Shown here: in pieces, positions 13,480 through 23,918 of the stretch | How positions within the stretch are numbered: the first letter of the stretch is position 1 | Layout: every line of letters begins with the position of its first letter | Source of the DNA: Vicugna vicugna | Lineage: Eukaryota | Reading direction: 5' to 3' | Length of the DNA stretch: 64,000 nt | Assembly (NCBI GenBank): GCA_013265495.1 | Contig: MU057936.1 | Span: 136,016-200,015 of the forward strand | Notes under the pieces: generated by a model | Database searches by the model: none | Seen by the model: only the letters and a program-made list of their open reading frames with translations | Told to the model about the DNA's origin: nothing | Program-made: the position numbers and the translations under genes

Positions 13480-13670
13480 GTGATGTTGGTGGCATTAGGC
13501 ACTTATATAAAGTAATCCTTTAATTTCCACCAAAATTTGAGTTTGGTGATGTGGTCTCCGTTTTACACATGAGGAGGCATGCTTCTTGAAGTACAAGGTC
13601 ACATAACCAAAATAAGGAAAGGAAGGTATTTGCAGTACGTGTCTTCTGAGTGTAAATGTGTTGCTATTTC
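13480..13670 (-). mobile_element. MIR SINE remnant
   Basis: 'ctccgttttacacatgaggagg...caaggtcacata' MIR core in antisense. Confidence 0.55.
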
Positions 13671-14284
13671 TATGACACGGGCGTATGTTTAATGCACTTT
13701 TAAAATTGAGGAAAATTTAGATAATGGATTCTACTTGTGGTTAGATGGGAGATTTAAATCTCCTTTCTTACCTGTCTTGGACATCATAGCTCTTCTAGTG
13801 AACTGCTGCCCATGGAGGCATTTCAAACTACAGTTTGATTTACCTGCTTTATTTCTTTCAAAGATAAATTTATTCATTCATGCAGTTAAATATTTAAGTG
13901 TCTGTAAACGTTTAGGAAGGGGCGATTTGTGTTAAGATACAATGGGATAAAGTAGATTATTAGTCCACTGACCAGCACATATGATATTAACCTTGTTTAC
14001 AAAGTAAATGAGACATAGCCCTTGTTTTGCCGGTGTTTGCATTAGAAACCCTGGAAAAGGCATGTATTTGATGCAAGGAATTGATAAATTCTATTTGATC
14101 AGTGAAAAAAAAGGAAGAGAAATAAGTGAGACCTTTTGGAGAGGAGGGGGACCCACTTCTGGCAGGGATCATTTTGCATGGATGGTAAAAGGAGATGAGG
14201 GTGGAATGGGTTTTGATTGTTAAAATGGGAGGGAAATATTGTAGAAGCTGATTAAATGCTGCTATTTAAAAAAGCTCCTCCTCT

Positions 14285-16880
14285 ATTCATTCATTCAGCT
14301 AATACTTACTGAGTATCTACTTTTGCTCTGTACCTTCTCTATACTGAGAACTTGGAGGCTAGTTAAAAAGTCCCTGTTTTCCACAGAGCATTAAGCCTAG
14401 AGAAGAAAGGAAATAAACAAGTAGACACACATACCACATCTTGTAGAGATAAATGTTACAATATGAATGATAAGGCAGGGACCTTAGAGAGTGATAGATG
14501 GCAATAATTTGTATCTGGTAGTCTGAGAAGTACTCGCCAAAGAAGTGACATTTGAGCAATACCTGAATAAAGTTCAGCATAGAAACATCTAGGAAAAGAA
14601 CATTGCAGACAGAAGGAAGAGCGAATTCAAAAGCTTTGAAATGGGATATTTCTCATTCTCCGTAGAGAGTTTAGATTTTATTCCAAATGTAATGGGGAGC
14701 CTTCTGAGCATCGTAATTCGGGAGGAATGTGACCTGATTTTGATTTTTAAAAGCTCAGTCTTGTTTACCGTGGGGAAAATAATCCATAGTGTGAAAAGAA
14801 GGCAAGGTAAGAGGCTCTTGCTCTCGTGTGGCAAGCTATTACGGTGGCTCGGAGAAGAGCAGTAAGGGTAGAGATGGTGAGAAGTGCTCACTTTGGGAAT
14901 ACATTATGAAGTTATGGCAAACTTCAGCATAGAAGTCGAGGATGAGTGCTGGTAGGGGGTGGTATCGCTCAAGTGGTAGAGTGCATGCTTCGTCTGCATG
15001 AGGTCCTGGGTTCAATCCCCGGTACCTCCCCTGAAAATAAAGAAAGAAAGAAACCTAATTATTTCCCCTGCCCAAAATAAAGTAAAATAAAATAAAAGGA
15101 CGAGTGGTGATGCCCTTTACCAAAATGGCGACTATGGCAGGAAGAGCAAAGTTAGAAGCAGGAAATTACGAGCGTTCTTGGGATCACGCTTTGTTTGAAG
15201 TTCCTCTTACACATACTGGTAAAGGTGTCCCATGGGCCGCTGACTGTAGCGGTCTGGCGTTCACCCCTGAAGATAAAGATTTGGGGATCAAAGATACGTA
15301 TGGTAGATAAGCTCATGCTGTTCAGTTACCTGGAGAGTGAATCCCAAGACCGAGCTCCGGGTGAATCCAGCCCTGAGATGAGAAACAGAATCTCAAATTC
15401 AAGTTTCAAATCGGGAAGGAGTAGAACAGCAGCAAGTGTGGTGTCAGAAGAACGAGAAAGGGAGGGCAGCGGTCATAAAGGAGCGAGGCACTTACTACGC
15501 CCAGTGCTCTTGAAGAAAATGACAATATTCATTGGGTTTTGCCACGTACACCTTGTTGGTGAGCTTTGACAAGAAAGTCTCACTAGGAAAGCAGAACAAA
15601 CTCCTGATTGGAGTGCATTCAAGAGAACCTGAGAGAGGAAGACATGGAAACAGTGATTTATAAACAATGCTTTCTGCTTCTTTTTCTACACAGTGGAGCA
15701 GAAAATGTAGAGTGGTAGCTGGAGAGAAGAATTCCATCAAGAGAATTTTTATTTTGTTTTGTTTGGTTATTTCAGATGATGTGAGTTATGAGAGCCTTAT
15801 TTGATTTTGCTTTTGGTTTGTTGTTTTTTTTTTTAATGATAGGAATTTATCCCCCAAAACAAAAATAGTATCGGAAAATAACAGAGCCAATACAGGACAA
15901 ATATTTAATTAGGCAAAATGTTGAGATTCAATGCACAAATGAAAGGCTTTGCCTTAGCAGAATAAAAAGTTCATCCTTTGTTTCAGCGGGGGTAGAGAAT
16001 ATGGTTACAGATGTAGCTGGCCTGGTCGATTTGGTGATGGGAGGAACAGAAGGTTCTCTTCAAAATAGTTTTATTTTATCCTTGAAGTACAAAGCAGTGC
16101 TTTCTTTGAGAGGGAGGAATGGAGACAGCATGTTGGACAATTGATAGCAGAAATGAAACGATCATCTTGGAAAGTAGGAGAATCTATTGATGAGGGAAAT
16201 GGAGCCGAACTTTCAGCTAGTGTTGAAGGCTCGTTTAAGATTCATGCCGGATGTAACCAGTCAGCATTGGTATGTGTTTTTCTTTAGCCATATTGAACCG
16301 TTTGGCTGCAGGTACAAGAATGGCAAAGAATAAGATTAACCAGGACTGGGGTTTTGTCAGAAGACTATAAAAGCAGGGGAGAGAGGCAAGGGAGTTAAAA
16401 GTATACTCAAAGAAGGGATAACAGTGGACGGTGGAATGTAAGCTGGGAAAGTAAGGAACTGAAAACAAGGCACAATTAATGCTGAAAGGATGGTAAGGAT
16501 CATTGGATTGGAAACATGTTGGAATTGAAGAATTGGAGGTTTGGGAATAGTAAAAGGGGTGATTGACAAGGTATAAAGCAGGACTCTGAAGGTGGAAAAA
16601 GTGAAACTGAGATTTGAAGTTGGTGTATTTATTGCCAAAAACGAAGTCTGGAGTCTGACTACAGGGATTGGTGTCTGTAGTGAAATGAGGGTAAGACTGA
16701 TCGAGGTAATGAGATCAAAGAGCTAATGGTAGGATTTGAATGGATAATCTTTGTGAATATTTAAGTCAAGAATGTTGATGAGAATAGTCACAGGGAGCAA
16801 GGCAGTAATTCAGACACGGAGTAACCTCAGCGAAAAGGGGCAAGTGAGTGAAAAGGGAGTAGTTGATTGCAATAAGGATA
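14285..16880 (-). mobile_element. Degraded L2 LINE (interrupted by a SINE)
   Basis: 'ttcattcattcagctaatacttactgagtatctac' L2 3' tail; purine-rich body; minus-strand remnant TFNSLASL...KPQSWL resembles L2 ORF2. Confidence 0.7.
14955..15097 (+). mobile_element. tRNA-derived SINE (camelid Vic-1 type)
   Basis: A box 'gctcaagtggtaga', B box 'gggttcaatccc', A-rich tail; TSD about AGGATGAGTGCTG / AGGACGAGTGGTG. Confidence 0.88.
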
Positions 16881-17945
16881 TCAGTGAATACCGCAGCCTG
16901 ACGGCTGTGTTCCCTTCTCACCAGGGTGAAATATACACACATACTTCCATTTACAGATGAATTCCTTCATTGCTGGAAGCAGAAGTGCACTTCAGATCTG
17001 TGCTACAAATCGTTCTAGCTACAAATTTCCTTGTCCCAGATAACTTTACCAGTTATTTTGGAAATGTAAAGATGTTGTTTGATTTCTGATTTTACATTTA
17101 TGAGTGAGTTTTGCATAGTTGTTCCCGAAATGAAAAGATAAATGTTACTTGAATAGATATGTGAGGATATTAGATGGTGCAGGGTAGTTTTCCTCACCCA
17201 GATCTATTCTGCATGCCAGATTTGCCAGGGACTCGAACCACCCTGCCTATTCTGCACCTGTGTTACATGATACGGAAACACTCTTTGACGGTGAATTTTT
17301 ATGAATATGGTGAAAAACTTTAAGTATGTTCAGTTGGGAAGCATGATAAAACAGCATAACTAAAGTTTCACTTATAATTTTGATAAATAGTTTTCAATCT
17401 AGTTTTGGAGCTTGATGCAATCCTAATAGGGATTTACCAATTTCATTATTAGATGAAGCTAACATTTTGGCTACAGACTTCAAGTTTTGCTTAACCAAAT
17501 AATTGTCATAATTCATTCATTATAGTTTTAATACAAGTGGAGTTCTGTGTCTTCTTTTTCTCGGCACAATTATTTTGAGATTTATCCCATTTAGCAGCTG
17601 GCATAACTAGATCATACTTTTCGAAAGCAGTTCTTCTTTATCTTATGATCTTCTTTTGAGAAATAATTGAGAAAACCATGGAATATTTACAGTGCTCTAA
17701 AATGTGAGGCATGTATATGTGAATATTGATTTCATAATTGATAAAATTTATACAATACTGATGACTCCAAGCAGAAGATCATTGAGAAATACTTATAAGC
17801 ATTAGGTGTTAAATTCATTTTTTAATTGAGTTATAGTCAGTTTACAATGTTGGAAGGTGTTCAGTTTACAGATATTATGGAATCAAAGATTCTGATTGTT
17901 GTTAAAATGAGAGAGAACTAGCCAAGTTAAGTAGTAGAGACCTGT

Positions 17946-20417
17946 CTAACCATCTTCGCATGTATCCTCTTCTTTGTTTGAAGTCATTTTTATTACTCTT
18001 TCTATAGGAGTCTTAACAGAATCATAGGTCCATCCCTTCCTGATAAACAACCTCTCAAGGATGTCTGGCATCTCGTACCCCTTGCTTAGAATGAAATCTT
18101 TAAAGGCAATTGTTCCATAAAGATCTTCAAGAATGTCCTTTTCAGGAAGCCTCCTTCCAAAACACCCACTTTGAGCTCCAAGTAAGCCCTTGGGGTCCAT
18201 CAAAGGTTCATCATTGATTAGCTTTTTCCACAACTTGGGCTTCAGATACCATGCGCCATACCTCATCTTCACCCAGTTGGGTTTATAAGGATTCTCTGGT
18301 TTCTGGAGTTTCCTCTCCCAGTTTCGCTCCTCGATTGAGAATTTTCTCTCCTCCATTTCAGTTAGCCCTATGCAGTATTTGACCTCTGAAGGAACCTTGG
18401 TTACTTTCTTGATGCAGCCTGTATCATAGGTTGGTGGGCACTCACATTCAACCTCACACTTTTTCATGATGAACTCTTCATCAATGCCCGAGTCTCCAAA
18501 AGTAGCAACCCATTTGCAGAATTCACGAATTCCTTTTGGTATTTTTCTAGAAGTACGAGGATCAGTGAGTGAATCCTTTCTCCTTGACTTCCTGTCCTTA
18601 CGATGCAAACTGGATCTATGTGACTCAGGAGCTTTCTCAAGAGGTTCCTGGTAGATGCTTGAGTTACTGTCCTCATGATGCAGACTGGCTGGATGTGACT
18701 CAGGAGGCTTTTCCAGAGGTTCCGGGTAGATGCTTGACTTCTTTTCTTCATCATGGAAACTGGATCGATGTGACTCTGGAGGCTTCTCGAGAGGTTCTGA
18801 GTGGATGCTTGACTTCTTGTCTTCATGATGGAGGCTGGATCGACGTGACTCTGGAGGCTTCTCGAGAGGTTCTAAGTGGATGCTTGACTTCTTGTCTTCA
18901 TGATGGAGACTGGATCGACGTGACTCTGGAGGCTTCTCAAGAGGTTCGAAGTGGATGCTTGACTTCCTGCCCTCATGATGGAAGCTGGATCGACGTGACT
19001 CCGGAGGCTTCTCAAGAGGTTCTAAGTGGATGCTTGACTTCCTGCCCTCATGATGGAAGCTGGATCGACGTGACTCAGGAGCCTTCTCGAGAGGTTCTGG
19101 GTAGCTGCTTGACTTCCTGCGCTCGTGATGCAAACTGGCTGGATGTGACTCAGGAGCCTTTTCGAGAGGTTCTAAGTGGATGCTTGACTTCCTGCCCTCA
19201 TGATGGAAGCTGGATCGACGTGACTCCGGAGGCTTCTCAAGAGGTTCTAAGTGGATGCTTGACTTCCTGCCCTCATGATGGAAGCTGGATCGACGTGACT
19301 CGGGAGGCTTCTCAAGAGGTTCTGGGTGGATGTTTGACTTGTCCTCATGATGCAAACTGGCTGGCTGTGACTCAGGAGCCTTCTCAGGAAGTTCCGGGTG
19401 GACATTTGACTTGTCTTCATGATGCAAACTGACTGGATGTGACTCAGGAGCCTTCTTGAAAAATTCCAGGTAGATGCGTGCTTTCTTGCGCTTGTGATGC
19501 AAACTGGCTGGCTGTGACTCAGGAGCCTTCTCGAGAAGTTCCGGGTGGATGTTTGACTTGTCCTCATGATGCATACTGGCTGGCTGTGACTCAGGAGCCT
19601 GCTCGAGAAGTTCCGGGTGGATGTTTGACTTGTCCTCATGATGCAAACTGGCTGGCTGTGACTCAGGAGCCTGCTCGAGAGGTTCTGGATAGATGCTTGA
19701 CTTCTCGCCCTCATGATGCAGACTGTCTGGATGTGAGTCATCAATCTTCTCGAGAAATTCCAGGAAGCTGCTTGACTTCCTTGCCTTATAATGCAAATTG
19801 GATGGATATGACTTGGGAGCCCTCTCGATAGGTTCCACGTAGACCTTGGCAGGACGTTTTTTACGAAGCTTTGTGGAGGACTTTGTTCTCTTCCTGGAGC
19901 CTTCACAATAAGCCCATGTATCCTTCAGCTTCCTGTCAGGATCGAGCACTTCCAGTACCTTTAATAAGAGGTCTGCAGGTAGATCTTCCTCCAGATTTGG
20001 GTAGAGAGCCAAGGGATGTTTGGTCAGGTGGGCTTCGATGTCCTCCACAAATGCCTTCCGTGCTGGCTGGGCTGGCGAGAGCGTGGAAGACAGGTTTGCT
20101 TTCTTGGGCAGCTTTCTCTGACCCTTTTTGGGGCCCAGCTGGGGAACTCTGTGAGCAATCACAGGGACAGAGCCCTCCTCAGGGCCACTAGTGAGCACAT
20201 CTTCACAAGGTGGGCAGCCCTTCCGGAAGTCGGCCAGCCCCTCTTTCACAAATACCCACCGCCGGCCGTCCAGGGAGGTGGGGAACTTCAGGAGCGCCTT
20301 CTTGTGCTTTGCAAAACACTTGGAAGGTAACTTGTCTTTGTACCAGGGCTTGCAGTTCATGCCCAGGGGCATTGGTTCCAGCGGCCCTGGTCCTAGCAGC
20401 CACTTCTTGTCCGCCAT
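17946..20417 (-). CDS. FAM47: FAM47-family protein, intronless, 823 aa, with a central His/Pro/Glu/Ser-rich tandem repeat
   Basis: Uninterrupted ORF; first ATG at 20417 in strong Kozak context (ggaaccATGG). FAM47 motifs: KPWYKDKLPSKCFAKHK, VFVKEGLADFRKGCP, LSPAQPARKAFVEDIEAHLTKHPLALYPNL, VKMRYGAWYLKPKLWKKL, LYGTIAFKDFILSKGYEMP, GWTYDSVKTPI. Paralogue (A/B/C/D/E-like) not resolved. Confidence 0.95.
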   Translation of the reverse strand: MADKKWLLGPGPLEPMPLGMNCKPWYKDKLPSKCFAKHKKALLKFPTSLDGRRWVFVKEGLADFRKGCPPCEDVLTSGPEEGSVPVIAHRVPQLGPKKGQRKLPKKANLSSTLSPAQPARKAFVEDIEAHLTKHPLALYPNLEEDLPADLLLKVLEVLDPDRKLKDTWAYCEGSRKRTKSSTKLRKKRPAKVYVEPIERAPKSYPSNLHYKARKSSSFLEFLEKIDDSHPDSLHHEGEKSSIYPEPLEQAPESQPASLHHEDKSNIHPELLEQAPESQPASMHHEDKSNIHPELLEKAPESQPASLHHKRKKARIYLEFFKKAPESHPVSLHHEDKSNVHPELPEKAPESQPASLHHEDKSNIHPEPLEKPPESRRSSFHHEGRKSSIHLEPLEKPPESRRSSFHHEGRKSSIHLEPLEKAPESHPASLHHERRKSSSYPEPLEKAPESRRSSFHHEGRKSSIHLEPLEKPPESRRSSFHHEGRKSSIHFEPLEKPPESRRSSLHHEDKKSSIHLEPLEKPPESRRSSLHHEDKKSSIHSEPLEKPPESHRSSFHDEEKKSSIYPEPLEKPPESHPASLHHEDSNSSIYQEPLEKAPESHRSSLHRKDRKSRRKDSLTDPRTSRKIPKGIREFCKWVATFGDSGIDEEFIMKKCEVECECPPTYDTGCIKKVTKVPSEVKYCIGLTEMEERKFSIEERNWERKLQKPENPYKPNWVKMRYGAWYLKPKLWKKLINDEPLMDPKGLLGAQSGCFGRRLPEKDILEDLYGTIAFKDFILSKGYEMPDILERLFIRKGWTYDSVKTPIERVIKMTSNKEEDTCEDG
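18567..19829 (-). repeat. Coding minisatellite: 17 units of 75 bp (13 units) or 72 bp (4 units)
   Basis: GGCTTCTCGAGAGGTT recurs at 18781 and 18856 (75-bp period); units such as LEKPPESRRSSFHHEGRKSSIHLEP (25 aa) and LEQAPESQPASLHHEDKSNIHPEL (24 aa). Confidence 0.95.
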
Positions 20418-20620
20418 GGTTCCGCTGGCCTCTCGGGGAACCACTAGCTTCTCAAGTTTGTTGTCCCCGCCTCTCCGGTTGCTAGGAGACGGGAAATCCA
20501 GGCGCAGGCAGGTTCTTCCCGGAAGCGGGTCACCGCAGGCGCCCCGCGAAGTCTGCGTTCTCCCGGGATGGGTGCTGAAGGCACATTCCTTTTTGTAGAT
20601 ACGTTCCGTCGCACGGACAG
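20418..20620 (-). promoter_or_regulatory. FAM47 proximal promoter/5'UTR with RFX X-box and ETS motif
   Basis: GTTGCTAGGAGAC at 20478-20490 (X-box); CCGGAAG at 20519-20525; CpG-rich; bounded upstream by L1. Confidence 0.6.
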
Positions 20621-22535
20621 ACTACCATTTATTTATCCATTCGCCTTTTGATGGGAATTTGAGTTGTTTACAGGTTGAAACTATTACCAGTAAAGCTGCC
20701 ACAAACGTTTGTGTTCACGTCTTTGTTTGTGCATTTATATACTTTGATTTCTCTTGAGTAAACTTCATCTGTGAGTGGAATGGCGGGTGCAGCTCATAGG
20801 TGTTTGTTTAACGCTTTAGGAAACCAGCAAACTTTTCCAAAGTGGTTGTACGAATTATTCCTTCTAGAAGTCTATGAGAATTGCACTTCTTCTGCATACT
20901 CCCCAACACTTGGTAGGGTTAGTCTAGGGTTAGTCATTTTCATTTTGGCTACTCTAATATGTGTGTAGGGGTATCTCTTTGTGGTTTTAAGTTGCATTTC
21001 CCTAAGGGCTACTGAACAGATGTGGAACATTTGTTCATGTGCTTATTTGCCATTCACAACCCTCCTTTGGTGAAGAGTCTGTTCAAACTTTCTGCACATT
21101 TTTAGACGAGAGTTCTTTGTGCTTTCCGAATGGAAGTCCTTTATCAGATATATGATTTGTACATTTTTTTCTCCACCTGTGGCTTGTCTTTTCATTGTCT
21201 TAACACTGCCTTCCAAAGGACAGTTTTTCCATTTGATGAAGTCCAATATATCACATTGTTCCTTTGTGAATTCTCTTTTTGTGTTGTAACTAAGAAAACT
21301 TTGCCTATCCAAAGGTCATGAAGACTTCTTTCATTCGACTAAAAGTTTAATAATCTTTTAAGTTTTACATTTAGATCTGTCATCTATTTCAACTTAAGTT
21401 TTAGGTGATAAAAGATATGAATCAAAGTTTTTAGTTTCTATTTTTCCTTTTCTGCCTGTGGATATCCAGTAGTTCCAGAATTTTTTTTTTTAAGAGGAGG
21501 TTTTCTCCACTGAATTACCTTCGTAACTTCGTAGGTATAAGTTGTCCCTATTTCCATGGGTGCAATTCTAGACACGCTTTTCTGTTCTGTTGACTCCTCT
21601 GTCTTTACAGCAATTCCACGTTGTGTTGATTACTTTGTATTTTACAATAAATCTTGAAATTAGGCTGTATTAGTCCTCCAGTTTCTTTATTCTTTTACAG
21701 AGTTGTTTTGACTCTTGTAGGTCCTTTGAATCCTTACAGGAGTTTAGAATCGGCTTGTCAGTGTGTACCAAGAAACCTGTGGGATTTTGATTTTGGTTCT
21801 GTGGAATCTATAAGTCGATTTTGAGCTAATCGACATCTTAACAATATTGAGTTTCCTGACCCGTGACAAAGGTTCATCTCACCGTTTATGTGTTATTTCA
21901 TTTATCTGAGCATTATTTTGTAGCTGTCACTGTATAGATCTTTCACATCTCTTTTTCTTTATATTTTCCCTAAATATTTCATGTTTTTGATACTATTGTG
22001 AATGGTATTGTGTTTTTTAATTGCCATGTTCATTGTTAGTATAGAGAAATAGAGTAGAGTTTTGTACGTCGACCTTGTGTAATGCAACTTTTGGATACTC
22101 ATTCATTCTAGTGCCCTTTTTATAGAGTCTGTCAAGTTTTCTATGTTGATAGTCATGTCATGTGTTACAAAGACAGTTTCACTTCTTCCCTTCCGGTCGG
22201 AGTAACTTTTTGCCCTGGCCTCATTGCACTGATTGGAACCTGCTTATGTTGACTCTAAATGATGAAAGTGGAAATTTGTGTCTTGTTTCTGATATTAGGA
22301 GAAAGTCATTAAGTATGATGCTAGCTTTAGATTTTTTTGACATACCCTTTTTCAGTCGTAAGTTCCTTTTTATTCCTGGTGTTCTGCGGCTTTCTGACAA
22401 TGCTGTGAGTCAGATCCTTGGATTGTGCCCAGTGCTTGGTCTGCATTCACTGAGATATTCATATAGTTTTCACTCTTTAGTTTGTTGAAGTAACAAATTA
22501 CATAAGTTGATTTCCAAGCAGTAAAGGTACTTTGC

Positions 22536-22713
22536 GGGGAAGGTATAGCTCAGTGGTCGAGTACATGCCTAGTATGCATGCGGTCCTGGATTCAATGCCC
22601 AGTACCTCCGTTCAAACAAACAAACAAACCAACCCAATTACCTCCCCCCGCCGAAAAAAACTCCCTAAGGCAAAAAAACCCACAAACTAAATAAAGAAAA
22701 ATTTAAAAAAAAA
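22536..22713 (+). mobile_element. tRNA-derived SINE (Vic-1 type)
   Basis: GGGGAAGGTATAGCTCAGTGGTCGAG...GGATTCAATGCCCAGTACCTCC, A-rich tail; TSD core GTACTTTG on both sides. Confidence 0.9.
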
Positions 22714-23429
22714 GAAGTACTTTGAATTCTTGGCATAAACCTCGTTTGGTCATGATTGATATATATGTATGGTGAGGTTAAGTTTGCTAAAATATTACCA
22801 ACATTTATCTTTGCCCCTGTGTTCAAGGAGGGTATCTGGTGTCTCTTTTCTTTTAATGCCCTTGCTTAGCTTTATCATCACGGTAATGCTGGCTTCACAG
22901 ATTGATTTGGGAAGTATCCCGTCCTCTTCATTATCTGGAAAGGTTAGTGTAGAATTGGTCATTTTTCTTCCTTAAATATTTTGTAGAAGTCACCAGTGAA
23001 GCGATCCAGGCCTGAAATTTATTGTGTGGAAATTTTCTTTAACTGCACATTTACATTCTTCAAAGATATAGCAACATTCTGGTCATCTATTTTTTTCTTC
23101 AATGAGTTTGTTTGGATTGTGTGCTTTAAGTAATATGTCTGTTTTCTCTATGCTGTCAAAATTATTGCCATAAAGTGTTTATACTATTTCCTTGTTATCC
23201 TTTAAATATTTGTGAAATCTGTAGTAGTGTCACCTTTTACATTTTTGGCTTTTGTAATTTATATCTTAGTCCTTTTTTTCTCTTTTTTCCCCTAGTCACA
23301 CTGGCTAAACAATAATACATTTTATTGATCTCCTTAAAGAAACAGTTCTTAGTTTCGTTAACTTTCCCCCTATGTTTTTCCGTTTTCTACTTGATTGACT
23401 TCTCCTCCCAACTTTGGTCTACTGTTGTG

Positions 23430-23918
23430 TTAATGTAGCGTAGGCTTTTCCCAGAATGCACCTCAAAACTCTTCCAGCCTCTACTCATTACCCAATTCCA
23501 AAGCCACTTCCACATTTGTAGGCATTTGTTACAGCAGCACCCCGCTCCTCAGTACCAGTTCCTGGCTTTGTCTTTTAGGCTACTATAACAGAACACCATA
23601 GATTAGGTGGCTTATACACAATAGAAATTTATTTCTCACAGTTCTGGAGTCTGGAAAGCCCAAGTTCAAGGTGCAAGTAGAAGGTGAGGGTAAGCTTCTT
23701 GGTTCATAGACAGTCATCTTTTTGCTGTGTCCCCACATGGCAGAAGAGGGGAAGGATCTCTCTAGGGCCTCTCTTAAAAGGGTGCTGATCCTTTACATGA
23801 GCGTTCTACCCTCATGACCTAATCACCTCCCATAGCCCACACCTCCAGATAACATCATGTTGGGGATTAGGTTTCAACCTAAGAATTTTGGGAAAACAGA
23901 ACCATTCAGTCTACAGCA
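23430..23918 (-). mobile_element. MaLR (MLT1A-like) LTR plus the start of the internal region
   Basis: LTR 23561-23918 ('tttatttctcacagttctggag...ccctcatgacctaatcacctccca...cattcagtctacagca'); 23440-23560 matches the MLT-int 5' end ('ttccaaagccacttccacatt...cagcacccc...gtaccag'). Confidence 0.82.

Noticed and set aside
14955..15030. tRNA genes (also at 22536 and 63116)
   Set aside because: These are SINE heads, followed by a SINE body, A-rich tail and TSDs.
18569..19432. 287-aa Cys/Trp-rich plus-strand ORF (also 19478-19831 and 19247-19906)
   Set aside because: Shadow frames of the FAM47 repeat; a stop-free unit with length divisible by 3 yields long ORFs automatically.
18567..19829. CRISPR-like regular array
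   Set aside because: Units are contiguous and coding with no unique spacers; the DNA is eukaryotic.
20418..20444. N-terminal extension MVPREASGT in the ORF track
   Set aside because: Starts at a non-ATG codon; the ATG at 20417 has strong Kozak context and fits the family N-terminus.
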